64,000 nucleotides of DNA from a virus. Below are positions 31,852 to 41,223 of this stretch, one piece after another. The DNA lies in IMG/VR virus record IMGVR_UViG_3300047557_004034, positions 81,699 to 145,698 of that record. One strand, given 5' to 3'. The position numbers were made by a program, and so were the translations under genes. The stretch's first letter is position 1. Each line of letters starts with the position of its first letter. The notes under the pieces were generated by a model. The model saw only the letters and a list, made by a program, of their open reading frames with translations, was not told the DNA's origin and did not search any database.

Positions 31852-33354
31852 ATGTCAATACTTAGGTCATACGTTAATAGAAATAACACAATAATTTCAG
31901 ATTCATATGCAAACACGGCAAGAAATCCCGTGATGCAATTGAATTTTGGTTCTTCGGATTTAATTGCTCCAAGTTACGGTTATACCAGATTTATATTTGA
32001 TTTGGATTTAGATTATTTGAGACAACAAATACAAAGCGGATATATTTCAACAGGTTGTACGACTGGTATGACCCATATTTTTCAAATGACAAATACATCA
32101 TCTTTCGATGAGGATTTGATTAACGAAGATATGAGTGATGGTAAAAGAAGAGCATCTTCTTTCGATTTGATTTTGTTCAGAATACCTAAAACCTCGGGAA
32201 CAACCGGAAACATCCAGCCTTGGGACGAGGGAGTAGGTTACGATTATACAGAATCGAATAAAAACCAAAATGGTTTGATGGGTGGATTATATCCAATAAC
32301 ATATGTAGACCCAAGGTCGTATTCAGACAGACCTTCAAATTGGTATTTAACTACAAATGTATCTGAGTGGTCTCAAGAGGGAATATACAACAACAGAAAT
32401 TTGGGGATTGTAAATTATTCCGCACTTACAATTGTAGATAGACAACACTTCGAATTCGGTAATGAAGATATCAATTTTGATATGAGTGATGAAATCAACA
32501 ATATCTTGTTTGGAAATTTAACAGGTGTTACAGGATGGGGTATCGCGTATCTACCTGATGTCGAAAACATAAGCGGATTGACAATTTCATACAGTGTGGG
32601 ATTCTTTACCAGACACACACAAACTTTTTATCAACCATTTTTACAGACAACATACAACGACTTAATCGAAGATGACAGAAATATTTTTGTCAAAAATCAA
32701 ACTAATAATTTATACTTATACATTTATCAAAATGGAGTACCAGTAAATTTAGATAATTTACCAACAGTCAGAATCGAGGATAGATTAGGTGACCCTGTTT
32801 CAGGTATGACATCATTATCCACATGTTTAAGAACAAAAGGGGTTTATGAGGTTACAGTTCCAAACGGTTTTACGGGATACTCATCACCTTGTGAATTTTA
32901 TGATATATGGTCAGGATTAACTCTGAACGGACAACCTTTATCGAACGTTCAAAATCAATTTGTCCTTCAAGATTATTCTGCTAGAGTACAAATTGGTACA
33001 AACACTAAAGAGCCTGAAAAATTCGGATTCGACTTTTATGGAATATTACAAAATGAAAAAATATTAAATACCGATATCAGAAAAGTTGGTGTAACTATTA
33101 AAAAGTCCTACAGCACACAACAACTATTACAGAACTTAGAATCCTTTTATCGTATCTACGTTAGAGAAGGGAATACTGAAGTTCAAGTACAAGATTGGAC
33201 CCCAATCAATAGAACACCAAATGAATATTATTTCATGTTCGATACAAGAGATAAAATTCCTAACCAATACTATGTCGATATCAAAGTCAACATAAGTGGT
33301 GATGTAGATACTTATAAGAAACAATTAACATTTCAAATTGTTAACAAAAAATGA
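31852..33354 (+). CDS. Probable virion structural protein
   Basis: Beta-rich sequence with YTRFIFDLDL, WDEGVGYD, FFTRHTQTFYQPFL. TATTTAT upstream. Confidence 0.6.
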   Translation: MSILRSYVNRNNTIISDSYANTARNPVMQLNFGSSDLIAPSYGYTRFIFDLDLDYLRQQIQSGYISTGCTTGMTHIFQMTNTSSFDEDLINEDMSDGKRRASSFDLILFRIPKTSGTTGNIQPWDEGVGYDYTESNKNQNGLMGGLYPITYVDPRSYSDRPSNWYLTTNVSEWSQEGIYNNRNLGIVNYSALTIVDRQHFEFGNEDINFDMSDEINNILFGNLTGVTGWGIAYLPDVENISGLTISYSVGFFTRHTQTFYQPFLQTTYNDLIEDDRNIFVKNQTNNLYLYIYQNGVPVNLDNLPTVRIEDRLGDPVSGMTSLSTCLRTKGVYEVTVPNGFTGYSSPCEFYDIWSGLTLNGQPLSNVQNQFVLQDYSARVQIGTNTKEPEKFGFDFYGILQNEKILNTDIRKVGVTIKKSYSTQQLLQNLESFYRIYVREGNTEVQVQDWTPINRTPNEYYFMFDTRDKIPNQYYVDIKVNISGDVDTYKKQLTFQIVNKK

Positions 33355-34103
33355 TAAAGAAATTGAATGAACAAGTTAAAGCTCAAGCTAGCCCTAACAA
33401 AAATGTAATTATAAATGGACAGGAGTATAAGTTAGAAGTAAAGAAAGGATTTGGGTGGATGGGAGTAAATGTTGATAAACTTGTTCCAACTAAGGACGGG
33501 TGGCAAGTTACAGCAAGTAAATTAGGAATGAGTCAGACAGACTTAGTCCCTCAAGATACAATAAATTTAGTAGTAAAAAACATAGGACAACCCATGATAG
33601 ATTTAGGAGGTAAAACACCAAAAAGATTGGTTAAGGTAAACGAAAATAAAGTTGTAAAGTTTACAGAAAAAGATTTAACTAATCTTGTTAGTAGAGTGCT
33701 AAAAGAACAGAAAGAGAATTATATGTTCTTCTCTAATTTGATGCAAATTAGAAGACAATGTGATATGATGCTAAAAATGGACCATGAGCAAATCGACCAA
33801 ATTATACAAGATGGTCATGATTGGGCGGATGACCATGTTAGTGAGGCTAAAACAAACTTAGACCAAGTTTTTGATTTCTTTATGAACGAGACAAGGAAAA
33901 GAGAAAGTTATGCAGAATTTGAAGAACTAAGTGAAGGAAAGAAAAAAACAGGAAGTAAATTATGTTCTCGAGGTAAAGCCGCTGCTAAGTCTAAGTTTAA
34001 AGTATATCCTTCAGCTTATGCAAATGGATATGCCGTACAAGTTTGTAAAGGAAAAATTAAAGGATTGGACGGAAAAAAACAATGCTCAGGTACCTATTGT
34101 TAA
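33351..34103 (+). CDS. Modular protein with C-terminal basic Cys module (KFKVYPSAYAN, DUF5872-like)
   Basis: Short modules separated by LNE/VNE/LKE/LSE; the last is KLCSRGKAAAKSKFKVYPSAYANGYAVQVC. Confidence 0.55.
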   Translation: MIKKLNEQVKAQASPNKNVIINGQEYKLEVKKGFGWMGVNVDKLVPTKDGWQVTASKLGMSQTDLVPQDTINLVVKNIGQPMIDLGGKTPKRLVKVNENKVVKFTEKDLTNLVSRVLKEQKENYMFFSNLMQIRRQCDMMLKMDHEQIDQIIQDGHDWADDHVSEAKTNLDQVFDFFMNETRKRESYAEFEELSEGKKKTGSKLCSRGKAAAKSKFKVYPSAYANGYAVQVCKGKIKGLDGKKQCSGTYC

Positions 34104-34130
34104 TTCAATTGAAATTATTATATTTTCAAA

Positions 34131-34538
34131 ATGAAGGTCAATAAACCATTAGGATTACTTTTTAGGGTTTATCTTCATCTTAGAGATAAATTCAATCCAA
34201 AACCAATAATCTCAGAAGAAGAAAAATATGCAATATCTATTGCAAAAAATCTAATTGTTATTCCAACAACAAAACTTTTGTTTGCTCCAATCTCTAACAA
34301 AAGATTTATACATAATGATGAAAAAAACATCTACATTGTAGGTGAAGCTAGAAACTTAACAATCATTAATCACACGTATAGTTATAGCATTTATATAGAA
34401 AGTGATGAACTATATGAGTCTTTCGTTAATGAATTTAACGAAGAAATGGAAACAAGAAGACTAATTTTAGAAAACGAAATAAAAAATAATATTAAGTATT
34501 CACTCAAAAATATATTAGATACTGTTTCGTCTTCTTAA
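34131..34538 (+). CDS. Hypothetical protein
   Basis: 135-aa ORF. Confidence 0.65.
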   Translation: MKVNKPLGLLFRVYLHLRDKFNPKPIISEEEKYAISIAKNLIVIPTTKLLFAPISNKRFIHNDEKNIYIVGEARNLTIINHTYSYSIYIESDELYESFVNEFNEEMETRRLILENEIKNNIKYSLKNILDTVSSS

Positions 34539-35216
34539 ATTTTCTTTCAATACTTTTTTTATCAATTCTCTTACTGATTCATTTTTCTTTTTTGGTTTGT
34601 AAGAAACCATTTTTGGTTTGTTTCCCGTACCTGATTTAGGATTTGTTTTTTCTGCCTTCCTTTTTTGAGCACACGCCGATTTTTTTTGTGAATCGGTCAT
34701 TTTTGATGCAACACTTCTAGCCCTACATTTTGGGTATCCCTTACTTTCTGCTTCTGACCTACCACACGGGGGATGACCACCGCCTTCTTTTTTTCTACAA
34801 ATATTAACCCATGGACCTTGAGGTTGAGAACTACCTTTCTTCTTTTTCTTAGTGCCGAACCATACAGCCAAATCTTCTTTTAGAAAATTGATTTCTTTAG
34901 GAGGTAAACCTGATGATGTAGGATTCAAACCACTTCCTTCTTCGTCATTCTGACCTGTATAAAATTTTTTTAGATACATAGTTGCATTTGATAATTTTTT
35001 AGTTTTTCTTTCGATGGACGCCCTTTTTTCGGGTGACTCTTTAAAATCTCCATCCGCCTCTTCATATGCCAACTCAGCATTAGAATAAGTGTAAACTGGT
35101 TCTATAAAAGGACCTAATTGGTCGTCCTCCCATTTTTGTGGTACTAATACTATTGGTACTTTAAATTTACCTGAACTTCCTGAGCTTGTAGCTTCACTGA
35201 TTCCATTTTTTTTCAT
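34515..35216 (-). CDS. Modular protein with basic Cys module (WF...WVNI...HPPCGR...YPKCR, DUF5872-like)
   Basis: EDLAVWF...GPWVNICRKKEGGGHPPCGRSEAESKGYPKCR. TATTTAT 5 nt upstream. Confidence 0.6.
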   Translation of the reverse strand: MKKNGISEATSSGSSGKFKVPIVLVPQKWEDDQLGPFIEPVYTYSNAELAYEEADGDFKESPEKRASIERKTKKLSNATMYLKKFYTGQNDEEGSGLNPTSSGLPPKEINFLKEDLAVWFGTKKKKKGSSQPQGPWVNICRKKEGGGHPPCGRSEAESKGYPKCRARSVASKMTDSQKKSACAQKRKAEKTNPKSGTGNKPKMVSYKPKKKNESVRELIKKVLKENLRRRNSI

Positions 35217-35243
35217 ATATTATAAATATCTTAATTAAGAAGT

Positions 35244-35507
35244 ATGGAAAAAGAACAACCTCAAGGTTTTTTATTTGATAGTATTGCTTTTTATTCTGAA
35301 GAGTCTGTCGAAAATATGATTAATAATTTAGACAAAAAAACGGTATACTACGTCCTGACTCAAGCATTGGCTTATGCCCATACAAAAAATGTCTTTTCAC
35401 TAACAGAATCAGAAATAATTTCCAAGTCTTTGAGGATACTTAATAAAGAAATATATTCTTATGATGACACAACAGGACAAAGCGCAAGTAATATCGAGAA
35501 TAATTGA
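35244..35507 (+). CDS. Hypothetical protein
   Basis: 87-aa ORF divergent from the 35216 start. Confidence 0.6.
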   Translation: MEKEQPQGFLFDSIAFYSEESVENMINNLDKKTVYYVLTQALAYAHTKNVFSLTESEIISKSLRILNKEIYSYDDTTGQSASNIENN

Positions 35508-35676
35508 ATTAGAATTAGAAATCACTCGTGCTGTGATAGGTGGACACAAACCAAGTGGTAATGATAAATTCGAAGATAAAAGACAGGAGTTAACTCTACT
35601 ACGTTGTTTGTATTTTGGATATCGAACAAAATTTTGTAATATAAAAAAGGGGTTTCATGGAACCCCTTTTTCTTAG
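35461..35676 (+). CDS. Hypothetical protein
   Basis: 71-aa ORF that overlaps the previous gene and ends within a terminator hairpin. Confidence 0.5.
   Translation: MMTQQDKAQVISRIIELELEITRAVIGGHKPSGNDKFEDKRQELTLLRCLYFGYRTKFCNIKKGFHGTPFS
35644..35671. terminator. Bidirectional intrinsic terminator
   Basis: AAAAAGGGGTT-TCATGG-AACCCCTTTTT. Confidence 0.75.
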
Positions 35677-35740
35677 AATAATTTTCAGAAAAAAATAGGT
35701 TAATTATTTTTTAATTTTTATTTTTGCTGAAAGAATTTAT

Positions 35741-36118
35741 ATGATTAAATGGATAATCCTTTTATTTTGGATTTCAAACCCCTTTTTTACCCGTTCTCAG
35801 TCGATTGAATACGTTGGTCCAATCAATGAGGAAATAACCAAAATAATGACACCTGGTGAGCTTGTATTGTATTCTGAGTGTATTGTTGCTATAGGTAAAG
35901 AACGAGAGCACCTAAAATGGGTCGATACTAAAACACAGATTTCTTTTCTAAAGAATCAAAAAAAATTTAATCACCTTTCTGTTTCAATAAATTCTACTGA
36001 CAAAGTTACTCAACTAAAATACTTTAAAGGTGTACAAAAGCTTGGTGAAGAAAAAGTCCTTTTGTCTTTGAATAGAAAAGTAAATCAGAGTTTTATCGAG
36101 GTTTTTCTTTTTTATTGA
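35741..36118 (+). CDS. Hypothetical protein with probable signal peptide
   Basis: MIKWIILLFWISNPFFTRSQ: basic then hydrophobic N-terminus followed by Q. Confidence 0.55.
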   Translation: MIKWIILLFWISNPFFTRSQSIEYVGPINEEITKIMTPGELVLYSECIVAIGKEREHLKWVDTKTQISFLKNQKKFNHLSVSINSTDKVTQLKYFKGVQKLGEEKVLLSLNRKVNQSFIEVFLFY

Positions 36119-37380
36119 GGAGTAACCTTCAACAAATTTTGAAGATTCTCTAAATCTTTTTTTGTCACTTTGTAGTCCCTAACAAAATCTTTCCATGGTA
36201 ATCCTTGAAATCTTTTGAATCGTCTAAATTCTGATAATTTATCAGAGGGAAAATTAAACGAACCATTTTCAACAAACTTGTAAAGTTGAAGTAAAGTTTT
36301 AGGGTCAATACCCTCTTCATTATATTTTATATCAAAAATGGGAGTTGATTTGAAAATTGGTGATTGAACCTTTTTTTCAGAATCGTAAATTGATGTGACT
36401 TCCCCACACTTATTCATCTTGAGAAGTTCAATAGGTTGCTCTGTATTTTTCAAACTTTTCCCTGCTGTTATGAAAGTGGGTTCTAATAACACATCACCGT
36501 TTGTATTGATAATTGTTATGTGGGCAGGGTCACTGTGACACTTGGTCAATGCACACCCAAAAGTTAACGTAATTTCATCAGGGTTCTTGGATAGTATATT
36601 TTTTTTCTGTTCTTCTGAAACAAACAATTTGACCTCTACTGAAGGACCACTTGTTTCTTTACCTGTCCCATTATTCAAATTTATACTCGAGTCTCCATTT
36701 TCAGTGGTTAGTTGAATTCCATTTGCCCACATATAAAAAACTGCCTCGTTACATTTATGACATCTACTTTCATCAACATCAGGTTTACACCATTCCTTTT
36801 TATAATCAACAATAATGTAAAAACCTAAATCACAGAATTCTTCTTCCTTTTCTGCTGATGTCAAAATATTGAATGACACATATTGCCAACGTGTATACCT
36901 ATCCTGTGATGCTAACGCCTTGATTTGTTCTGTTGTTGCTTTCTCAGGTGGGTTCCAATCGGGACCTTGTGCACCTAAATCTTTCAAAACAATTTTAACA
37001 TTCTGAGGTAATTTTCCTTTGAGGTATTTTTCCATTTGTTCACCTCTTTTTTTAGAAAGTTCACCTGTTTTCAAACTCACGCCACTGTTAGGGACTTTAG
37101 ATTCAGATGACTCAATTTCGACTTCAATTTTTTGATTCTTCGGAAATTCTTTGAGATACTCATTCATCTGACCTACAACCTCATCTACAGCTTCTTTATT
37201 GAAATTAACATAATCACCACTTACAAAAGTATTATTTGGTAAAGTAAATCTTTTTGGTTCTGATTTTACAGTTTTTAATGTTTGTTCATTCAGTAAGTAA
37301 TGTCTTTTAGTTGCAGACTTATGGATTTCTAGAATTCTATTGTATTCTTGAGCATTTATATTGAATAACGAGTTGAACAT
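36112..37380 (-). CDS. Hypothetical protein with OmpA-C-like segment
   Basis: F.SG...IEVEIESSES.VPN...GELSKKRGEQMEKYL recalls the OmpA-like LS..RA..V..YL motif. The start is uncertain (37380 or 37410); the track start at 37449 lies inside a terminator. Confidence 0.5.
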   Translation of the reverse strand: MFNSLFNINAQEYNRILEIHKSATKRHYLLNEQTLKTVKSEPKRFTLPNNTFVSGDYVNFNKEAVDEVVGQMNEYLKEFPKNQKIEVEIESSESKVPNSGVSLKTGELSKKRGEQMEKYLKGKLPQNVKIVLKDLGAQGPDWNPPEKATTEQIKALASQDRYTRWQYVSFNILTSAEKEEEFCDLGFYIIVDYKKEWCKPDVDESRCHKCNEAVFYMWANGIQLTTENGDSSINLNNGTGKETSGPSVEVKLFVSEEQKKNILSKNPDEITLTFGCALTKCHSDPAHITIINTNGDVLLEPTFITAGKSLKNTEQPIELLKMNKCGEVTSIYDSEKKVQSPIFKSTPIFDIKYNEEGIDPKTLLQLYKFVENGSFNFPSDKLSEFRRFKRFQGLPWKDFVRDYKVTKKDLENLQNLLKVTPQ

Positions 37381-37431
37381 TGTGATAAAATATATTATAA
37401 TAAGTATCATTATTTTATAATATAAATAAAA

Positions 37432-37459
37432 AAAGGGGACAATAAACATTGTCCCCTTT
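37432..37459 (-). terminator. Intrinsic terminator after major capsid gene
   Basis: AAAGGGGACAAT-AAAC-ATTGTCCCCTTT with a minus-strand U-tract. Confidence 0.85.
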
Positions 37460-37479
37460 GTATTTTGGTTCAGACCATA

Positions 37480-39279
37480 TTATCTCAACTCTTTCAAATC
37501 GAATGTTCTAACGCCATCAACTGTGATTCTACCATAGAATCTGTTGTTCACCATTTTCTTAGCGTATCTAGTCATGATACCTTTGATTGGTGTAAAGTTG
37601 AATGGATTATACATTGTTGGTGTAAGTTGTAAAGGAACATATGGTGCGTAGATGTAACCAGTGTCTAATAGAGACGTTCCTTTGTGACCAAGAAGAACTT
37701 GGTTAGCTGGGAAGTAAGGGTCTCTATAAACTTGATAACGTCCTGCAAGAGTACCAACTCTTTCAATACCCATGTTATATTGGTCTTGCTCAGGAGCTGC
37801 GTTTGAAACGTGGAAATACTCCAAGTCATCAAAAATCGCAGAAATTTCTGAAGATACTACAATCCAGTTAGCACCACCTCTAAGAGTTGATTTGTGGATT
37901 TGTGCAGAAATTTGGTTGATTGCTGTGATAAGAGTTTGGTTCCAGTCTTTCTGAGTATAAGGAACAGCGTTAGTTCCCAATCTCTTCCAACCGTTGTAAT
38001 CCCATCTTAAGTTCCAAGCCGCACCTTTTCTAAGGTCTCTCAAGATTTCTCTATCGATTTCAGCCGCAACTTGCTCAGACAATAAAGCTGTCAATTCAGC
38101 TTCAGCGTCGATGTTGTGGAAAGCCGCAACGTCTTGTGCCATTTCTGGTGACCATTGAGCTCTTAATTTTCTTTCAGTCACAGAAACTGTTACTGATTGA
38201 AGGTCAAATGAAACCTCACCAATTCTATCTTCAAATTCCAAGTTTTTGTAGATTCTATAAACAGGAACAAACGCATTGTTGTTTCCATTTGTAGACACAA
38301 AAGTAGAACCTGAATAACCATCAAGTGAGTTTTGTCCGACAGTACAAGGAACTTGTAAGTCAACCTCCAAGTAGATGTCACCATTTACATCACAAAGGTT
38401 GTCATATTGACCACCACCTGTTCTAGAGTTAGGGAACGCTAAATTTGCATTGTTGTTACCATACTGAACAATACCTTTACCATATCTTTGAGTTACAACT
38501 CTGAAAAGATAAGGATTAGATGTATTAGCTGATGTGAAAACGTTATCTACAGAACCGTAAATAGTCAAATCAGACAAGAAAGATTCGTTATCAATTGGGT
38601 TACCGTCTGGACCGATTAATTTACCAGCAGCATCTGACGCAAAACCTGACATGATAATCAATACTTTTCTGTATGTATTTTCTGTATATGCAGCTGGTTC
38701 TAAATTCAATGTTGTAGAATTCCAAGCTGCAGTAACTGCAGTACCTGTAACAGCAGAAAACTGACCTTTTGAATAATCAAACAAACCTGGTGGGTCTAAT
38801 GCTGGTTCATTACCTTCGTAAAATCTATCATAAAGGTCTCTACCTTGATTATAGTTATAACCTTCATTTGGTGTTTGGTCTGCCTCCATATTTGGAGAAC
38901 CGTAAGGTGCATAGTGTCTGTTAGGTACACCTGTGTCTACGTAATTTTGAATTTGAGGTACAAAATAGAACAATTTACCGATAGGTAAGTTCATTGCTTG
39001 TACAGATACGATGTCGTTAGCCAATAACTTAGAGAATACTCTTCTGATTATTGGAAATACAACTGTTTCGAAAGAACCTGAGTCAGAAGTTGTTGAAGCT
39101 TCGTTTATCAAGTGTGAAGCTTGGTTTTCATACAACTGAGCTACGTTCTCTTTCATGTGACCCTTAAGTCCTTCTAGGAAACCTAAGTTGTCCCATTTGT
39201 TAATTGTGTCTTCTTTGATAACTTTAAGGTGCTTAAGACCAATATTACCAACAAGACCTGATTCTAATAAAGCTCCCAT
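37480..39279 (-). CDS. Major capsid protein (T4 gp23-like)
   Basis: IIRRVFSKLLANDIVSVQAMNLP.G, RKLRAQWSPEMAQD..AFHNIDAEAEL, EIDREI, GYIYAPYVPL, F.P.KGIMTRY. Confidence 0.95.
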   Translation of the reverse strand: MGALLESGLVGNIGLKHLKVIKEDTINKWDNLGFLEGLKGHMKENVAQLYENQASHLINEASTTSDSGSFETVVFPIIRRVFSKLLANDIVSVQAMNLPIGKLFYFVPQIQNYVDTGVPNRHYAPYGSPNMEADQTPNEGYNYNQGRDLYDRFYEGNEPALDPPGLFDYSKGQFSAVTGTAVTAAWNSTTLNLEPAAYTENTYRKVLIIMSGFASDAAGKLIGPDGNPIDNESFLSDLTIYGSVDNVFTSANTSNPYLFRVVTQRYGKGIVQYGNNNANLAFPNSRTGGGQYDNLCDVNGDIYLEVDLQVPCTVGQNSLDGYSGSTFVSTNGNNNAFVPVYRIYKNLEFEDRIGEVSFDLQSVTVSVTERKLRAQWSPEMAQDVAAFHNIDAEAELTALLSEQVAAEIDREILRDLRKGAAWNLRWDYNGWKRLGTNAVPYTQKDWNQTLITAINQISAQIHKSTLRGGANWIVVSSEISAIFDDLEYFHVSNAAPEQDQYNMGIERVGTLAGRYQVYRDPYFPANQVLLGHKGTSLLDTGYIYAPYVPLQLTPTMYNPFNFTPIKGIMTRYAKKMVNNRFYGRITVDGVRTFDLKELR

Positions 39280-39309
39280 TTTTGTGAATTTTATTTTTCT
39301 TGTTTATTT

Positions 39310-40878
39310 TTATTTTAGTTTACTCATTAAGTCCTTTATTCTTAAGAATTGAGGAGCTTCGTAAGTTTTGTTTTCAATAAGTGTTGTTGAAGACCCTGTC
39401 TGTACATTTTGTACTAACTTATTCTCAACTGTCTCATTGATTGATTTTGTTTCAGTCTGAGTCAACTCATCTTTAACCGCTCTGTAGAGAGACTTTGATT
39501 CTTTTAAAGATTGAACGTTATCAAACCTTCTCAAAATATTTATCTTTTCCTTTTTAGTTGTTGAGTGTTCAGTAAAGATTCTAGTTGCATATGCTAAATT
39601 AGAGTTGAATATTGCCACTTCGTTCAATTTTTCTCTGAAGACATTTAGAGCCTTTCTATATTCTTCATTCTTCTCTCTCAAAGCAACAACTTCAGTTTCT
39701 AAAGATTCGTTCTTTAAATTCCTATTGTTAGTAATTCCTTTTCTCAAACCTTTAGGTCCAAATGCATAACCTCTAGCAGCTTCTTTAGTTTCAACCTTTT
39801 TTACTACTTTGGATTTTGCTTCCATGTTTTCACCTTTCTTGTATTCGAACTTAGCTTTTCCAGTCCCCATTGTTTTAGGACCTTCTTTTTTGTCTTCTTT
39901 AAATCCACCTGAAACTTTGTTCTTATAAGTGAATTTAGGACCAGAGCCAATTCCAACACCTTTAGGTTTTATGGATTTTTTACCTTCTTTCGTTTCTTTT
40001 TTCTTAGCCTTTTTGTGACTATATGATTCCATCATTTCATCTTCATCATCAGATTCCATCATTTCGTCTTCATCATCAGATTCCATCATTTCATCTTCAT
40101 CATCAGATTCCATCATTTCATCTTCATCATCAGATTCCATCATTTCATCTTCATTATCAGATTCCATCATTTCATCTTCATCATCAGATTCCATCATTTC
40201 ATCTTCATCATCAGATGACATGTCTAAGTCAACATCAGATTCCATCATTTCGTCTTCATCTTCTTCATTAAATTCAATTTCATAAACAACTTCTTCATCA
40301 TCAACATCCATTTCAACATCAGATTCTAAATCTGACATGTTTGGTTCGTCAGAGAAAATAGCGTCAATTACGTCTTGAACTTTATCATCAGATACTTCTT
40401 CGTTATATTCCATAGTTTCGTGGTTTTCTTCATAGGATTCTCCTAATTTTATAAGATACTCTGCATCTTGTTCGTTGTCTTTGAGATGAACCATTTCATC
40501 ATCTTTTTTTACAATGATTCCATCGTCTTCACCCATAGCTTTAAATACTCTAAGTATTTCTTCGTCAGATGCAGATGTCAAATCAATTGGTTCTTCCATG
40601 TCAGAATCTCCACTTGCGTCAAAATCAACTTCAACATCTTCTTCACCCTCTTCATCATCGGATGACATGTCTAAGTCAACATCAACTTCCTCCTCGGAAT
40701 CAACATTGTCAGTGTCTAACTCATCTTCGTCTTGTTCAGATAAAGACTCTTTTACTAATTGGCTGATTTCTTCCTTCATAGTAGAAGCAAGTATTCCTTT
40801 TGCATTTTCGGCAATAACATCTTCAACATTTTTCATTTGGATGAGTGCCTCTTCAACAAGATTTTTGTTTTCTTGCAT
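39310..40878 (-). CDS. Prohead core/scaffolding protein
   Basis: Very acidic, coiled-coil C-terminus, located between protease and capsid genes. ATG at 40878 preferred over TTG at 40899. Confidence 0.75.
   Translation of the reverse strand: MQENKNLVEEALIQMKNVEDVIAENAKGILASTMKEEISQLVKESLSEQDEDELDTDNVDSEEEVDVDLDMSSDDEEGEEDVEVDFDASGDSDMEEPIDLTSASDEEILRVFKAMGEDDGIIVKKDDEMVHLKDNEQDAEYLIKLGESYEENHETMEYNEEVSDDKVQDVIDAIFSDEPNMSDLESDVEMDVDDEEVVYEIEFNEEDEDEMMESDVDLDMSSDDEDEMMESDDEDEMMESDNEDEMMESDDEDEMMESDDEDEMMESDDEDEMMESDDEDEMMESYSHKKAKKKETKEGKKSIKPKGVGIGSGPKFTYKNKVSGGFKEDKKEGPKTMGTGKAKFEYKKGENMEAKSKVVKKVETKEAARGYAFGPKGLRKGITNNRNLKNESLETEVVALREKNEEYRKALNVFREKLNEVAIFNSNLAYATRIFTEHSTTKKEKINILRRFDNVQSLKESKSLYRAVKDELTQTETKSINETVENKLVQNVQTGSSTTLIENKTYEAPQFLRIKDLMSKLK
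40025..40215 (-). repeat. 27-bp tandem repeat x7 encoding SDDEDEMME
   Basis: Near-perfect copies of tcagattccatcatttcatcttcatca; an eighth partial copy lies near 40236-40262. Confidence 0.95.
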
Positions 40879-40971
40879 AATTTTGATAATTTTATTCAAT
40901 AAATAGTATCAAATAGAAAAAAAGTTTTGATTATCTATCAGAAATTCAAACTTTTATGTTTATGCAAAAAA

Positions 40972-40995
40972 AAAGTGGTCGAATTTGACCACTTT
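40972..40995 (-). terminator. Intrinsic terminator
   Basis: AAAGTGGTC-GAATTT-GACCACTTT with a long minus-strand U-tract. Confidence 0.8.
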
Positions 40996-41004
40996 AAAAT
41001 TTTT

Positions 41005-41217
41005 TTAATCTTCTACAACCTCGTCTATTTTACTTTCGGAAACTGAAGTTATTCTCCAATCGTATGAAAAATTTTTATAAAGTTTTGTAACCTTAGCTTC
41101 AATATCAGTGACAGTATATCCTTTCACTAATTTTTCTTCTCTGATTTTTTTAATTTTACCACTATTCTCATCAGGTAAATCATAAGTGACTTTTGCCACA
41201 AAATATTTTTCGTTCAT
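41005..41217 (-). CDS. DUF4494-like small protein
   Basis: YF.AKV.Y...E.SGK.KKI.E..LV..YTVTD.EA resembles the Bacteroidota DUF4494 N-terminal domain. Confidence 0.55.
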   Translation of the reverse strand: MNEKYFVAKVTYDLPDENSGKIKKIREEKLVKGYTVTDIEAKVTKLYKNFSYDWRITSVSESKIDEVVED

Positions 41218-41223
41218 GTTTAA

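Noticed and set aside
40023-40271. His-rich repeat ORF (IPSFHLHHQ)n and possible CRISPR-like array
   Set aside because: Antisense reading of the scaffold's 27-bp repeat; the units are contiguous with no spacers.
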